Of a DNA stretch of 24,000 bases, positions 14,758-21,795 are shown one piece after another. This DNA is from Actinomycetota bacterium (lineage in GTDB: Bacteria > Actinomycetota > Acidimicrobiia > Acidimicrobiales > Poriferisodalaceae), in contig JBCBSZ010000001.1 in NCBI GenBank assembly GCA_039818945.1, positions 1-24,000 of the forward strand. Direction: 5' to 3'. Each line of letters begins with the position of its first letter. Positions within the stretch are counted from its first letter, which is position 1. Below the pieces are notes generated by a model, which was given only the letters and a program-made list of their open reading frames with translations, was not told the DNA's origin and made no database searches. A program made the translations under genes and the position numbers.

Positions 14758-15558
14758 TCACGGGGCGACCTTCGGCAGCTCCCAGCCGCGGGCCTCCCAG
14801 TCGTCCTCGATCCACGTGTACGCCGAGTGGAAGCACGGCGGCGTGGCCCGCTCGTCGCCGATCAGCTCGCCGGCGAGGTAGTTGAGGAAGAACATGTGCG
14901 AACCCGGCGCACCGACGCTGGAGTGGTAGCCCTTCGGGACGGTGACGACGTCGCCGTCGTGGGCGACGTGGGTCTCGTCGAAGGGCTCGTCGACGCGCCA
15001 GTTCCGGTGGAGGCAGAAGCCATCGGACGGGTCGGTGCGGAAGTAGTAGGTCTCCTCGAGGTACGGCGACCCGTCGAAGCCATCGTGGCAGTGCGGCGGC
15101 CAGCCCGACCACATGCCCCGGGGCACGTAGACCTCGTAGATGATGAGGCGCTCGGCCGGCAGGGGCGACGCGAGGGCGTGGACGACCTGGCGGCGGGCCA
15201 TGCCGCCGCCGCGGATCTCGGTCCGCATCTCGTCCGGCGTGAACACCCGGACCTCGTAGCGGCCCTCGGCGGGTGCCGACCCGACGGCGCACTCGCCCCC
15301 GCCCTCGATGGTGAGCGACGCCCCGGGCGGTGCGTAGAGGATGTTCGGCATCTCATCGAACACCGACGAGCGGGACAGCTCGACGTCGCGACCGTCGACG
15401 GTCGCGGTGATCGAGCCGGACAGCGGCACCACGGCCACCTCCTGCCCGGCCTGACCGACGTCGGTCGCCGAGGTGGGACGGTGCACGGCGAAGGACAGGA
15501 ACCGCCAGCCCTCGGTCTCGGGCGTGAGGCTCACGAGTGGTCGTTCGCGTTCGGTCAT
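14758..15558 (-). CDS. iolB: 5-deoxy-glucuronate isomerase
   Basis: 266-aa cupin. MWSGWPPHCHDG...YLEETYYF...GYHSSVGAPGSHMFFLNYLAG matches IolB hallmarks. ATGA overlap with the iolC stop. Confidence 0.85.
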   Translation of the reverse strand: MTERERPLVSLTPETEGWRFLSFAVHRPTSATDVGQAGQEVAVVPLSGSITATVDGRDVELSRSSVFDEMPNILYAPPGASLTIEGGGECAVGSAPAEGRYEVRVFTPDEMRTEIRGGGMARRQVVHALASPLPAERLIIYEVYVPRGMWSGWPPHCHDGFDGSPYLEETYYFRTDPSDGFCLHRNWRVDEPFDETHVAHDGDVVTVPKGYHSSVGAPGSHMFFLNYLAGELIGDERATPPCFHSAYTWIEDDWEARGWELPKVAP

Positions 15559-16529
15559 GGTGTCTCCTCAACACGGACGGGTGGCACGCCGGTGGCGAGC
15601 ATGGTGGCGATCTCGTCGAGCGTCGGCATGTCGTCGCTGCACAGCAGCCGCGAGGCGACGATCGCCCCGGCCGCGTTGGCCTCGGTCATCATCTGCTCGG
15701 GCTCGGCACCGGTCAGCAGGCCGTGCACGAGGCTGCCGCCGAAGGCGTCGCCGGCGCCGAGGCCGCAGACGACCTCGACCGGCGTGGGTGGCACCACGAC
15801 CGAACGACCGTCGGCGCTGACGGCCATGACGCCGTCGCCGCCCATCTTCACGATGGCGAGCTCGATGCCACGGTCGATCATCCTGGCGGCGGCCTGCTCC
15901 GGGTCGGCGGTGCCGACCGCCACCTCGCACTCCTCCCGGTTGCCGACCGCGACGGTGACGTGGTCGAGCAGCGGGCCGACCGCAGCGCCGGCCTCGGCGG
16001 CCGACGACCAGAACATCGGGCGGTAGTCGAGGTCGAGCACGGTGTGGCTGCGGCGAGCGCGCTCGGCCAGCACGGCGCGGGTCGTGGTGGCCGAGGGCTC
16101 GAACGCCATGCGGGAGCCCGGGATCCACAGCACCGGCACCGAACGCACGAGGTCGAGGTCGACGTCGTCGACGGTCAGGTGCTCGTCGGGGGCGGAGGGC
16201 CGCCGGTAGAACCAGATCGACGGCTCGGCCGGAGGATCGAGCTCGGCGAACACCACCGGCGTGGGCAGGTCGGGGTGGCTGGACACGTACGAGGCGTCGA
16301 CGCCGAAGCGCTCGAGCGCGGCGCGCACGAACCCGCCGAAGGGATCGTCGCCGACCTTGGTCACGAGCGCTGCCCGGTGGCCGAGCCGGGCTGCGGCGAC
16401 CGCCACGTTGGTGGCCGTGCCGCCGATGGCCGAGCGGAACGTCGAGACCTGCGCGAGCGGCCGGTCGATCTGCTCCGGGTACAGGTCGACGCTCACCCGA
16501 CCCATCGCGAGCAGCTCGATGTCGCCCAC
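15555..16529 (-). CDS. iolC: 5-dehydro-2-deoxygluconokinase (PfkB family)
   Basis: AMGRVSVDLYPEQ, GGTATNVAVAAARLG and GAGDAFGGSLVHGLL (PfkB signatures). I chose the GTG start at 16529, with GGAGG 8 nt upstream. The ORF-track start at 16604 is a TTG that is part of a TTGACA -35 box, and that reading would translate through a 22-bp palindrome. ATG 16505 is also possible. Confidence 0.85.
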   Translation of the reverse strand: MGDIELLAMGRVSVDLYPEQIDRPLAQVSTFRSAIGGTATNVAVAAARLGHRAALVTKVGDDPFGGFVRAALERFGVDASYVSSHPDLPTPVVFAELDPPAEPSIWFYRRPSAPDEHLTVDDVDLDLVRSVPVLWIPGSRMAFEPSATTTRAVLAERARRSHTVLDLDYRPMFWSSAAEAGAAVGPLLDHVTVAVGNREECEVAVGTADPEQAAARMIDRGIELAIVKMGGDGVMAVSADGRSVVVPPTPVEVVCGLGAGDAFGGSLVHGLLTGAEPEQMMTEANAAGAIVASRLLCSDDMPTLDEIATMLATGVPPVRVEETP

Positions 16530-16549
16530 GGCCAGCCCCTCCCCGGTCT

Positions 16550-16571
16550 CGACTTGGAGCGCTCCAAGTCG
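16550..16571. promoter_or_regulatory. Perfect 22-bp palindrome, candidate repressor operator (LacI-family-like) at the predicted +1 of iolC
   Basis: CGACTTGGAGC|GCTCCAAGTCG with 22/22 symmetry. The central GAGCGCTC is identical to the core of the ideal symmetric lac operator. It begins 5-6 nt after the -10 hexamer and ends 20 nt before the GTG at 16529. Confidence 0.5.
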
Positions 16572-16576
16572 CTCAG

Positions 16577-16604
16577 ACCCTACGCCACCACACGGACCTG
16601 TCAA
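16577..16604 (-). promoter_or_regulatory. Sigma-70/HrdB-type promoter of the iolC-iolB-aldolase-PPOX unit
   Basis: The minus strand reads TTGACA (16604-16599), a 16-nt spacer, then TAGGGT (16582-16577, fitting TAnnnT). It lies between a terminator-like hairpin and the iolC start. Confidence 0.45.
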
Positions 16605-16645
16605 GCGGTCGGGATCGCTCGTGAACAGGCCGAACGGGGGCGCGA

Positions 16646-16684
16646 CGCCGCGGGCCGGGCCGGCGCGATGCCCGGCCCGCGGCG
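16646..16684 (-). terminator. GC-rich hairpin, candidate intrinsic terminator after the secreted-protein gene
   Basis: A 14-bp perfect stem (16646-16659 pairs with 16671-16684) with an 11-nt loop, starting 10 nt after the stop at 16695. There is no clear U-tract, which I understand to be common in high-GC actinobacteria (from memory). Confidence 0.4.
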
Positions 16685-16694
16685 CTGCACGGCA

Positions 16695-18191
16695 TCACGG
16701 CAGGTCGTAGCCCACCACAGCCGTGAACCAGACCCACTCGGCGTCGTGGCCACCCGCTCCGGTGACCAGGCACTTCCAGTCGGCCCGGGCGCCGACCACA
16801 CCGAAGTGGCTGCAGTCCGGAGCGGCCTCGAGCTCGTCGAGGGTCGGTTCCAGGATGACGTTGGTGAAGCGGAGGGTCGTCCCGCAGGCGTCGCCGCCGT
16901 ACTCCATGATCGAGTGCTCCGGGAACCCGCCGAGCAGGCCCGTGGTGTCGAGGAAGGACCCGCCGCACAGCGGCGTGTCGCGCTCCCGGGCCGTGAGGCC
17001 GACCTCGGGCACCGGCTCACCGTACGGCACCGACACCGTGGCGGTGTACAGCTCGTCGGTGATCGAGACCGAGTCGCCGTCCTCCAGCTTCCACGGGCTG
17101 AACTCGCCGTCGTAGTGCCAGATGCGGTGGCTCCGGAGTCCCCAGGCCAGTTCGATCTCGCCCTTGCCGCCCAGCGTCGTGGGATCGCCGTCCTCGAGGA
17201 TGCTGAACTTCAGGACCGCGACGTCGACCTCGACGTCGGGCGCCTCGCCGCTGCGGAAGCTTCCCGTCGCGTGCTCGGCGAAGCCCTCGGCGTCGGTCGC
17301 CGAGACGACGACGTGGTAGGTCGTGTCCGGCTCGAGGTCGCTGACGGTCCCCCGCAGCGTCCCGCCGCTGTCACTGGTGACGACGAACGGTTGGTCGGCG
17401 GGGAGGAAGGGGTGGCCGCCGATCGTGCCCGGCTCCTGGGGCGAGACCCGCACCTCGACGTCGACGGCACCGTCGGTCTCCACCTCGAGCTCGACGGTCT
17501 CGAAGGTCGGACCGGCGTAGACGTGGCCCGCGCCGATGCAGCCGAAGTAGCAGGGGCTGCCCTCGGCCGTGAGGTCGGCCGCCCGGTCGGGCAGGGTGAA
17601 GTTCGTCGTGGCGAACATGTGGTTGCCCTGCTGGTCGATGACGAGCAGCGCGAGGAAGTAGGACTCGCCGTACTCGAGCCCGTCGACCTCACCGGTCCAC
17701 GTGTGACCCGCGGACGAGCTGTGCGCGTTCGGCCAGCCGTTCATGATCGGCACGCCGTCGACCCAGTTCGGCTCCTCGTACGCGACCCACAACTGGGCGT
17801 GGGTAGCGACCGTGGTCTCGACGGCGAGCTCGAACGACGGGAACCGAGGGTGGGGATGGATGAGCGCCTCGACGATGCAGTCGCGCAGGCAGCCGAACTC
17901 GTTGGGCGTCCAGTCGTCGACCGGAGCGTCCGGCTCCGGCATCGCGTGCTCCATGACGAGTGGCTCCGGGACGTACGGTTCGAGCTCGGCCAGCGGCTCC
18001 TCGCGTTGGATCGGGCCGAACCTCCCGGTGGGGCCGGCGCGGCCGTCGTCTCGCAGCACGTCGGCCGAGGCCGCGGTGCTGCCGAGCAGCAGCGCGACGA
18101 ACAGGACGAGGGCGCCGACCCGGCGGCGCGGGCGGGACGGCCCACGCGTCCGGAGCTCGACGTGGTCGGGGGGTGATGTGGTGGTTCGCAT
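16695..18191 (-). CDS. Secreted protein of unknown function with two tandem FN3-like modules and a Cys-containing C-terminal domain
   Basis: Signal peptide MRTTT...RRRVGALVLFVALLLGSTAASA|DV. FN3-like strands (LEPDTTYHVVVSATDAEG; LEYGESYFLALLVIDQQGN). GC3 is high. Start is ATG 18191; the upstream GTGs at 18278/18287 are possible but their codons have weaker GC3. Confidence 0.6.
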   Translation of the reverse strand: MRTTTSPPDHVELRTRGPSRPRRRVGALVLFVALLLGSTAASADVLRDDGRAGPTGRFGPIQREEPLAELEPYVPEPLVMEHAMPEPDAPVDDWTPNEFGCLRDCIVEALIHPHPRFPSFELAVETTVATHAQLWVAYEEPNWVDGVPIMNGWPNAHSSSAGHTWTGEVDGLEYGESYFLALLVIDQQGNHMFATTNFTLPDRAADLTAEGSPCYFGCIGAGHVYAGPTFETVELEVETDGAVDVEVRVSPQEPGTIGGHPFLPADQPFVVTSDSGGTLRGTVSDLEPDTTYHVVVSATDAEGFAEHATGSFRSGEAPDVEVDVAVLKFSILEDGDPTTLGGKGEIELAWGLRSHRIWHYDGEFSPWKLEDGDSVSITDELYTATVSVPYGEPVPEVGLTARERDTPLCGGSFLDTTGLLGGFPEHSIMEYGGDACGTTLRFTNVILEPTLDELEAAPDCSHFGVVGARADWKCLVTGAGGHDAEWVWFTAVVGYDLP

Positions 18192-18504
18192 GCTCCGAGC
18201 AGACCGCGACGTGCCCCGGCGAGTCCTGGCGACGGCGTGGTGATCCCCTGACCACCTCCGACCTGCGGCCGACGCCACCGAGATCACCTCGTGGCCACGC
18301 CACGGTCATGACTCGATCGCCGATCTGCGGTCGCCTGGTGGCATGACCACGTACCAACGCACCTCCACGTCCGATTCCGGCTCCGCTCGTCGGGTCAGGT
18401 TCCGTGCCGAGTGGGTGAGCATCGACGGTGCTCGCCCCCGGCTGCGGTGGACCCGCCTCGACCAACGGTCCGGCTGACCCACCGCATCCAGATCCGCCGG
18501 TGCT

Positions 18505-18558
18505 CCGTCCCCGCCCCCCGGACACGCAGTGCCCACGCCCCCGGTCGGGCGGGGACGG
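18505..18558 (-). terminator. Long GC hairpin downstream of the regulator gene (candidate terminator)
   Basis: CCGTCCCCGCCC (18505-18516) pairs perfectly with GGGCGGGGACGG (18547-18558), a 12-bp stem. An inner CCGG/CCGG 4-bp extension is possible. It lies 25 nt after the stop at 18584. No U-tract. Confidence 0.35.
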
Positions 18559-18583
18559 CATCGGCTCCAGCCCGCGGCAGGCC

Positions 18584-21298
18584 TCAGCGAGCGGCCCGGG
18601 CGATCCCGGCGTAGCGCCGGTACCCGAGCTCGTCGTACTCGGCGGCGATGCCCTCGAGGCTGGCCCCGGCGGCGAGCGCCTCGACGTGACGCACCCGCAG
18701 CGGCCACAGCTGCCCCTCGACGGGGGCGACGGCCTCGGTCAAGCGACCGAGCAGCGAGCCGGCGGCGTTCGCGCCGCGAGCGAAGGTCGCCGCAGCGAAC
18801 AGCAGATCACCCTCCGCGATGCGTGCGCCCCCGGCTCGAGCCTCCTCGGCGACCGGGGAGAGCAGCGGCACCACCTCGTCGTGACGGCCGAGCACGTCGA
18901 GCAGCTCGGCGATGCCCGCGGCCAGCCGCCACCGGCCCACGCCGATCGTCGAGGGCAGCGCGGCCAGGCCGCGCTCGACGCCGTCGTGCGCAGCGGTCGA
19001 CGAACCCCGGGCGACCTCGGACCGGGCGAGGAGCACCTCGGCGAGGCCGAGGAAGTGGGGGAAGACGTCCCGACGACTCGACGCGACGATCGCCCGGATC
19101 AGCTCGCGGGCCGTTCGTGGACGACCGGCCTCGAGCTCGATCTCGGCCCCGATCGCCGGCAGCAACCCGAGGCGCGACCGGCGACCGGTCGGCAGGTGCG
19201 TGCAGACCAACGACGCGGCATCGGCGAGCGCACCGCGCTGGAGCATCGTCCCCACCTTGGTCGTGAGCAGCGCGTCGAGGCTCTCGGCCCGCCACGGCGC
19301 GGGGACGACGGTGCGGGCCAGCGCCATCGCCTCGTCGATCAGCACCTCGGCCTCGGCGATGCGACCCATGCCGAGGAGCGCCACGGCCAGGGAGCCGAGG
19401 ATCTCGACCCGGCTGACGCCGTCGGCCCCGAGCAGCGAGCGGGCCTCCGCCTCGACCTCCACGTACCGGCCGCTCGTGGCGAGCAGGCCGAGCCGTCGGG
19501 CCGCCAGGGCGTGACCGACCGGATCGCTGCGCCGCGCGCCCTCCTCCAACGCATCGAGCGCCTCGGCGTGCCGGGCCCGGTAGGTGAAGGCGATCGTCGA
19601 CCGACGGCGGAGGGCCAGCGAGGCGAGCAACGGGTCGAGGCGATCGACGTCGAGGCCGGCGAGCAGCCGCTCGGCCCGCTGCCAGTGGTTGCGCCGCAGC
19701 GAGAGCTCGGCGAGCACCACGGCGGCGCCCGGTTCCTCGTCGAGGTCGACGGCCTCGGCCAGCAGCTCGGCGTCGCCGAAGTCGCCGGCCACGAGCGCCA
19801 TCAGCGCGTGGTCGAGGAGCGTGCGGTGCTCGATGCGACCGGCGTGCTCCGGACCCCACGCGACGATCCGGGCCACCGCCCAGGGCGTGGGCGGATCGGC
19901 GAGCAGCGCGGAGGTGAGCTCCCCTCGCACGGCGCGCTGGCGGAGCGCACCGGTCGCGTCGAGCACGGCCTCCTCGAGCACCGGCTCGGCCAGGCCGACG
20001 TCGGGATCCGCACCCCCACCGCCGACGGCGACGAGACCGGCGTCATCGAGCTCGTGCAGCGCCGACTCGTCGACGAGTCCGGACAGGACCGAGAGTCGGG
20101 TCGGGCCGAGGAGGGCCATGCGCACCGCAGCCGACCGAGCCTCGTCGCCGAGCCCGTCGGGCGGCCAGTCGACCGAGCAGCTCGAGACCGGACGGCCCGC
20201 CAGCTGCCAGACCCCCTCGATCCGAGCCAGCGCGCCGGCGCGCCGGGACGCCTCGACGATGTCGCGGAGGTCGGCGGGGCGACCCCGACTGGCCCGGGCC
20301 AGGGCGACGACGGTCTCGTCGTCGATCGGGCCCTGCAACGCTCGATAGAGCAGCACGTCGACGTCGACATCGTCGAGGGGGCCGAGCTCGACCGTGTGCA
20401 GGACACCGCTGCGGGCGAGGCTGTCGAAGTCCCCGTCCGCTCCCCCGGTCGGCCGGCCGGTCACGAGCACGAAGATCGCTCCCGAGGTCACCAACGAGCC
20501 GAGCACGGCGGCGCTGAGCGGGTCGACGAGCGGTGCGTCATCGACGAGCACGAGCGCACGCCGACCGTCGCGACGACCGTCGAGCACCTCCCTGGCCCGC
20601 CGGAACAGCTCGGCGCGGGCGAGGTCCTCGGCGAGCTGCTCGGTGCCGAGCCCTTCTGCGGGCAACAGGTCGGCGATCGCGGACGTCGGGATCTCGCTCC
20701 GACCGGGAAGGCCCCGTACCCGCCACACGGGGGCGCCGGAGCGGGCGAGGCGTGCGAGGCACTCCTCGGCCAGGCGGGTGGCGCCGACGCCCGCAGGTCC
20801 CTCGATCACGACGCCGCCGACGCGCTCCGCCTCGGCGGCCTTCAGCACCGCGGCGAGCTCCTCCCGCCGTCCGGTGAACGGCCAGGCGACGTCGACCGGG
20901 GTCGCTGGCGCCGGTGCGACCGGGACCGTCGTCGGCTGCGCAGGCCCCTCGTCGACCACCGTGACGTCGGCCACGAACCGGTAGCCACGCCCGTGGACGG
21001 TGCGGATGACCGCCTGTGCGTCGCCGTCGTCGCCGAGCGCACGCCGGGCGAACTTGATCCGGGTCGTCAGCGTCGATTCGCCGACGAACCGATCGCCCCA
21101 CAGCTCGTCGAGCAGCTCCTCCTTCGGCACGACCCGGTCGCGATGACGGACGAGCAGCTCGATGACCGAGAACACGAGCGGCTGCACCTCGACCAGCTGA
21201 CCTCCGCGCCGCAACTCGGCGCGATCGGTATCGAGCTCGCAGTCGGTGAATCGGAGCCTCACGAGCCCATTCTGCTGGGCGCCGGGGCGACGGCACAC
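18584..21298 (-). CDS. Large transcriptional regulator: N-terminal OmpR/PhoB-type winged helix, AAA_16/STAND-like NTPase domain (degenerate P-loop), C-terminal helical/TPR-like repeats
   Basis: wHTH: LVFSVIELLVRHRDRVVPKEELLDELWGDRF...TLTTRIKFARRAL...IRTVHGRGYRFV. P-loop region VVIEGPAGVGATRL. Walker-B-like ALVLVDDAPLVD. It is followed by a long Ala/Leu/Arg-rich helical region. Start is GTG 21298 or GTG 21262. Confidence 0.8.
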   Translation of the reverse strand: MCRRPGAQQNGLVRLRFTDCELDTDRAELRRGGQLVEVQPLVFSVIELLVRHRDRVVPKEELLDELWGDRFVGESTLTTRIKFARRALGDDGDAQAVIRTVHGRGYRFVADVTVVDEGPAQPTTVPVAPAPATPVDVAWPFTGRREELAAVLKAAEAERVGGVVIEGPAGVGATRLAEECLARLARSGAPVWRVRGLPGRSEIPTSAIADLLPAEGLGTEQLAEDLARAELFRRAREVLDGRRDGRRALVLVDDAPLVDPLSAAVLGSLVTSGAIFVLVTGRPTGGADGDFDSLARSGVLHTVELGPLDDVDVDVLLYRALQGPIDDETVVALARASRGRPADLRDIVEASRRAGALARIEGVWQLAGRPVSSCSVDWPPDGLGDEARSAAVRMALLGPTRLSVLSGLVDESALHELDDAGLVAVGGGGADPDVGLAEPVLEEAVLDATGALRQRAVRGELTSALLADPPTPWAVARIVAWGPEHAGRIEHRTLLDHALMALVAGDFGDAELLAEAVDLDEEPGAAVVLAELSLRRNHWQRAERLLAGLDVDRLDPLLASLALRRRSTIAFTYRARHAEALDALEEGARRSDPVGHALAARRLGLLATSGRYVEVEAEARSLLGADGVSRVEILGSLAVALLGMGRIAEAEVLIDEAMALARTVVPAPWRAESLDALLTTKVGTMLQRGALADAASLVCTHLPTGRRSRLGLLPAIGAEIELEAGRPRTARELIRAIVASSRRDVFPHFLGLAEVLLARSEVARGSSTAAHDGVERGLAALPSTIGVGRWRLAAGIAELLDVLGRHDEVVPLLSPVAEEARAGGARIAEGDLLFAAATFARGANAAGSLLGRLTEAVAPVEGQLWPLRVRHVEALAAGASLEGIAAEYDELGYRRYAGIARAAR

Positions 21299-21348
21299 CC
21301 GATTCGCGTGCGGCGCGTGCCCGACCGACCGCGTGGAAGGATCGCACC

Positions 21349-21762
21349 GTGAACCCCGCCGACCTCGAGATGATCCGAGCGGATGCCGCCCACTTCGGCG
21401 AGCTGGGACCGGCGCTCGCCGAGGAGTTCTACGCCAGCCTGTTCGAGCTGAGCCCCTCCAGCCGCGAGCTCTTCCCCGACGATCTGGCCGCCCAGCAGCG
21501 CAAGCTCATGGACGAGCTCAGCGCGCTCGTCGACCTCGCTGCGCACGTCGGCGACGGCAGAGGTGCGGAGCTCGAGCGGCGGGCGGCCGACCTCGGCCGG
21601 CGCCACGTCGACTACGGCACGGAGCCCGACCACTACAGCCTGGTCGGCGAGGCGTTGCTGCTCGCCCTCGAGGTGACCGTCCCCGGCTGGACCGAGGAGC
21701 ATCGGCCCGCGTGGGCCCGGCTCTACCGAGCCGTCGCCGACGCGATGCTCCACGCCTCCTGA
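21349..21762 (+). CDS. Single-domain globin (Hmp/Vitreoscilla-haemoglobin-like)
   Basis: 137 aa. It aligns by eye to the Hmp globin domain: EEFYASLF (Tyr B10), ELFPDD (Phe CD1), AAQQRKL (Gln E7), LGRRHVDYGTEPDHYSLVGEALLLAL (proximal His F8 and the HY..VG..LL motif). GTG start with GGAAGGA 7 nt upstream. Confidence 0.8.
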   Translation: MNPADLEMIRADAAHFGELGPALAEEFYASLFELSPSSRELFPDDLAAQQRKLMDELSALVDLAAHVGDGRGAELERRAADLGRRHVDYGTEPDHYSLVGEALLLALEVTVPGWTEEHRPAWARLYRAVADAMLHAS

Positions 21763-21795
21763 AGCGGCTGCGATCGGCCGAACGACCGGCCCCGC

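Noticed and set aside
16530-16604. ORF-track start of iolC at 16604.
   Set aside because: The codon is TTG and forms part of a TTGACA -35 hexamer. The extension would translate through a perfect 22-bp palindrome. A GTG with a well-spaced GGAGG is available at 16529.
18584-21298. STAND-like NTPase plus TPR protein as an antiphage Avs-type defence gene.
   Set aside because: The N-terminal domain is a classical OmpR/PhoB DNA-binding winged helix rather than a nuclease, protease or other effector. The P-loop lacks its Lys. No other defence genes or mobile-element markers are adjacent. A transcriptional regulator is the simpler reading.
21306-21335. Three GCGTG repeats in the regulator/globin intergenic region, as a wHTH binding array.
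   Set aside because: A 5-mer of this composition is expected by chance many times in about 70% GC DNA, and the spacing is irregular (8 and 17 nt). It is mentioned only as a hint in the related finding.
18428-21352. 974-aa plus-strand ORF antisense to the large regulator. There are similar long antisense ORFs at 15537-18176 (+), 6688-8730 (-), 8495-10072 (-), 10184-11533 (-), 12049-13200 (-), 3707-5296 (-) and 2863-4953 (+).
   Set aside because: Their translations are Arg/Pro/Gly/Asp-rich low-complexity strings with no motifs. Each lies exactly opposite, or out of frame with, a gene that has clear family signatures and GC3 bias. These are typical stop-poor shadow frames of high-GC DNA.
21775-21791. 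Short hairpin (GGCCG-N6-CGGCC) between the convergent globin and iolD stops, as a bidirectional terminator.
   Set aside because: The stem is only 5 bp and there is no U-tract. That is too weak to call.
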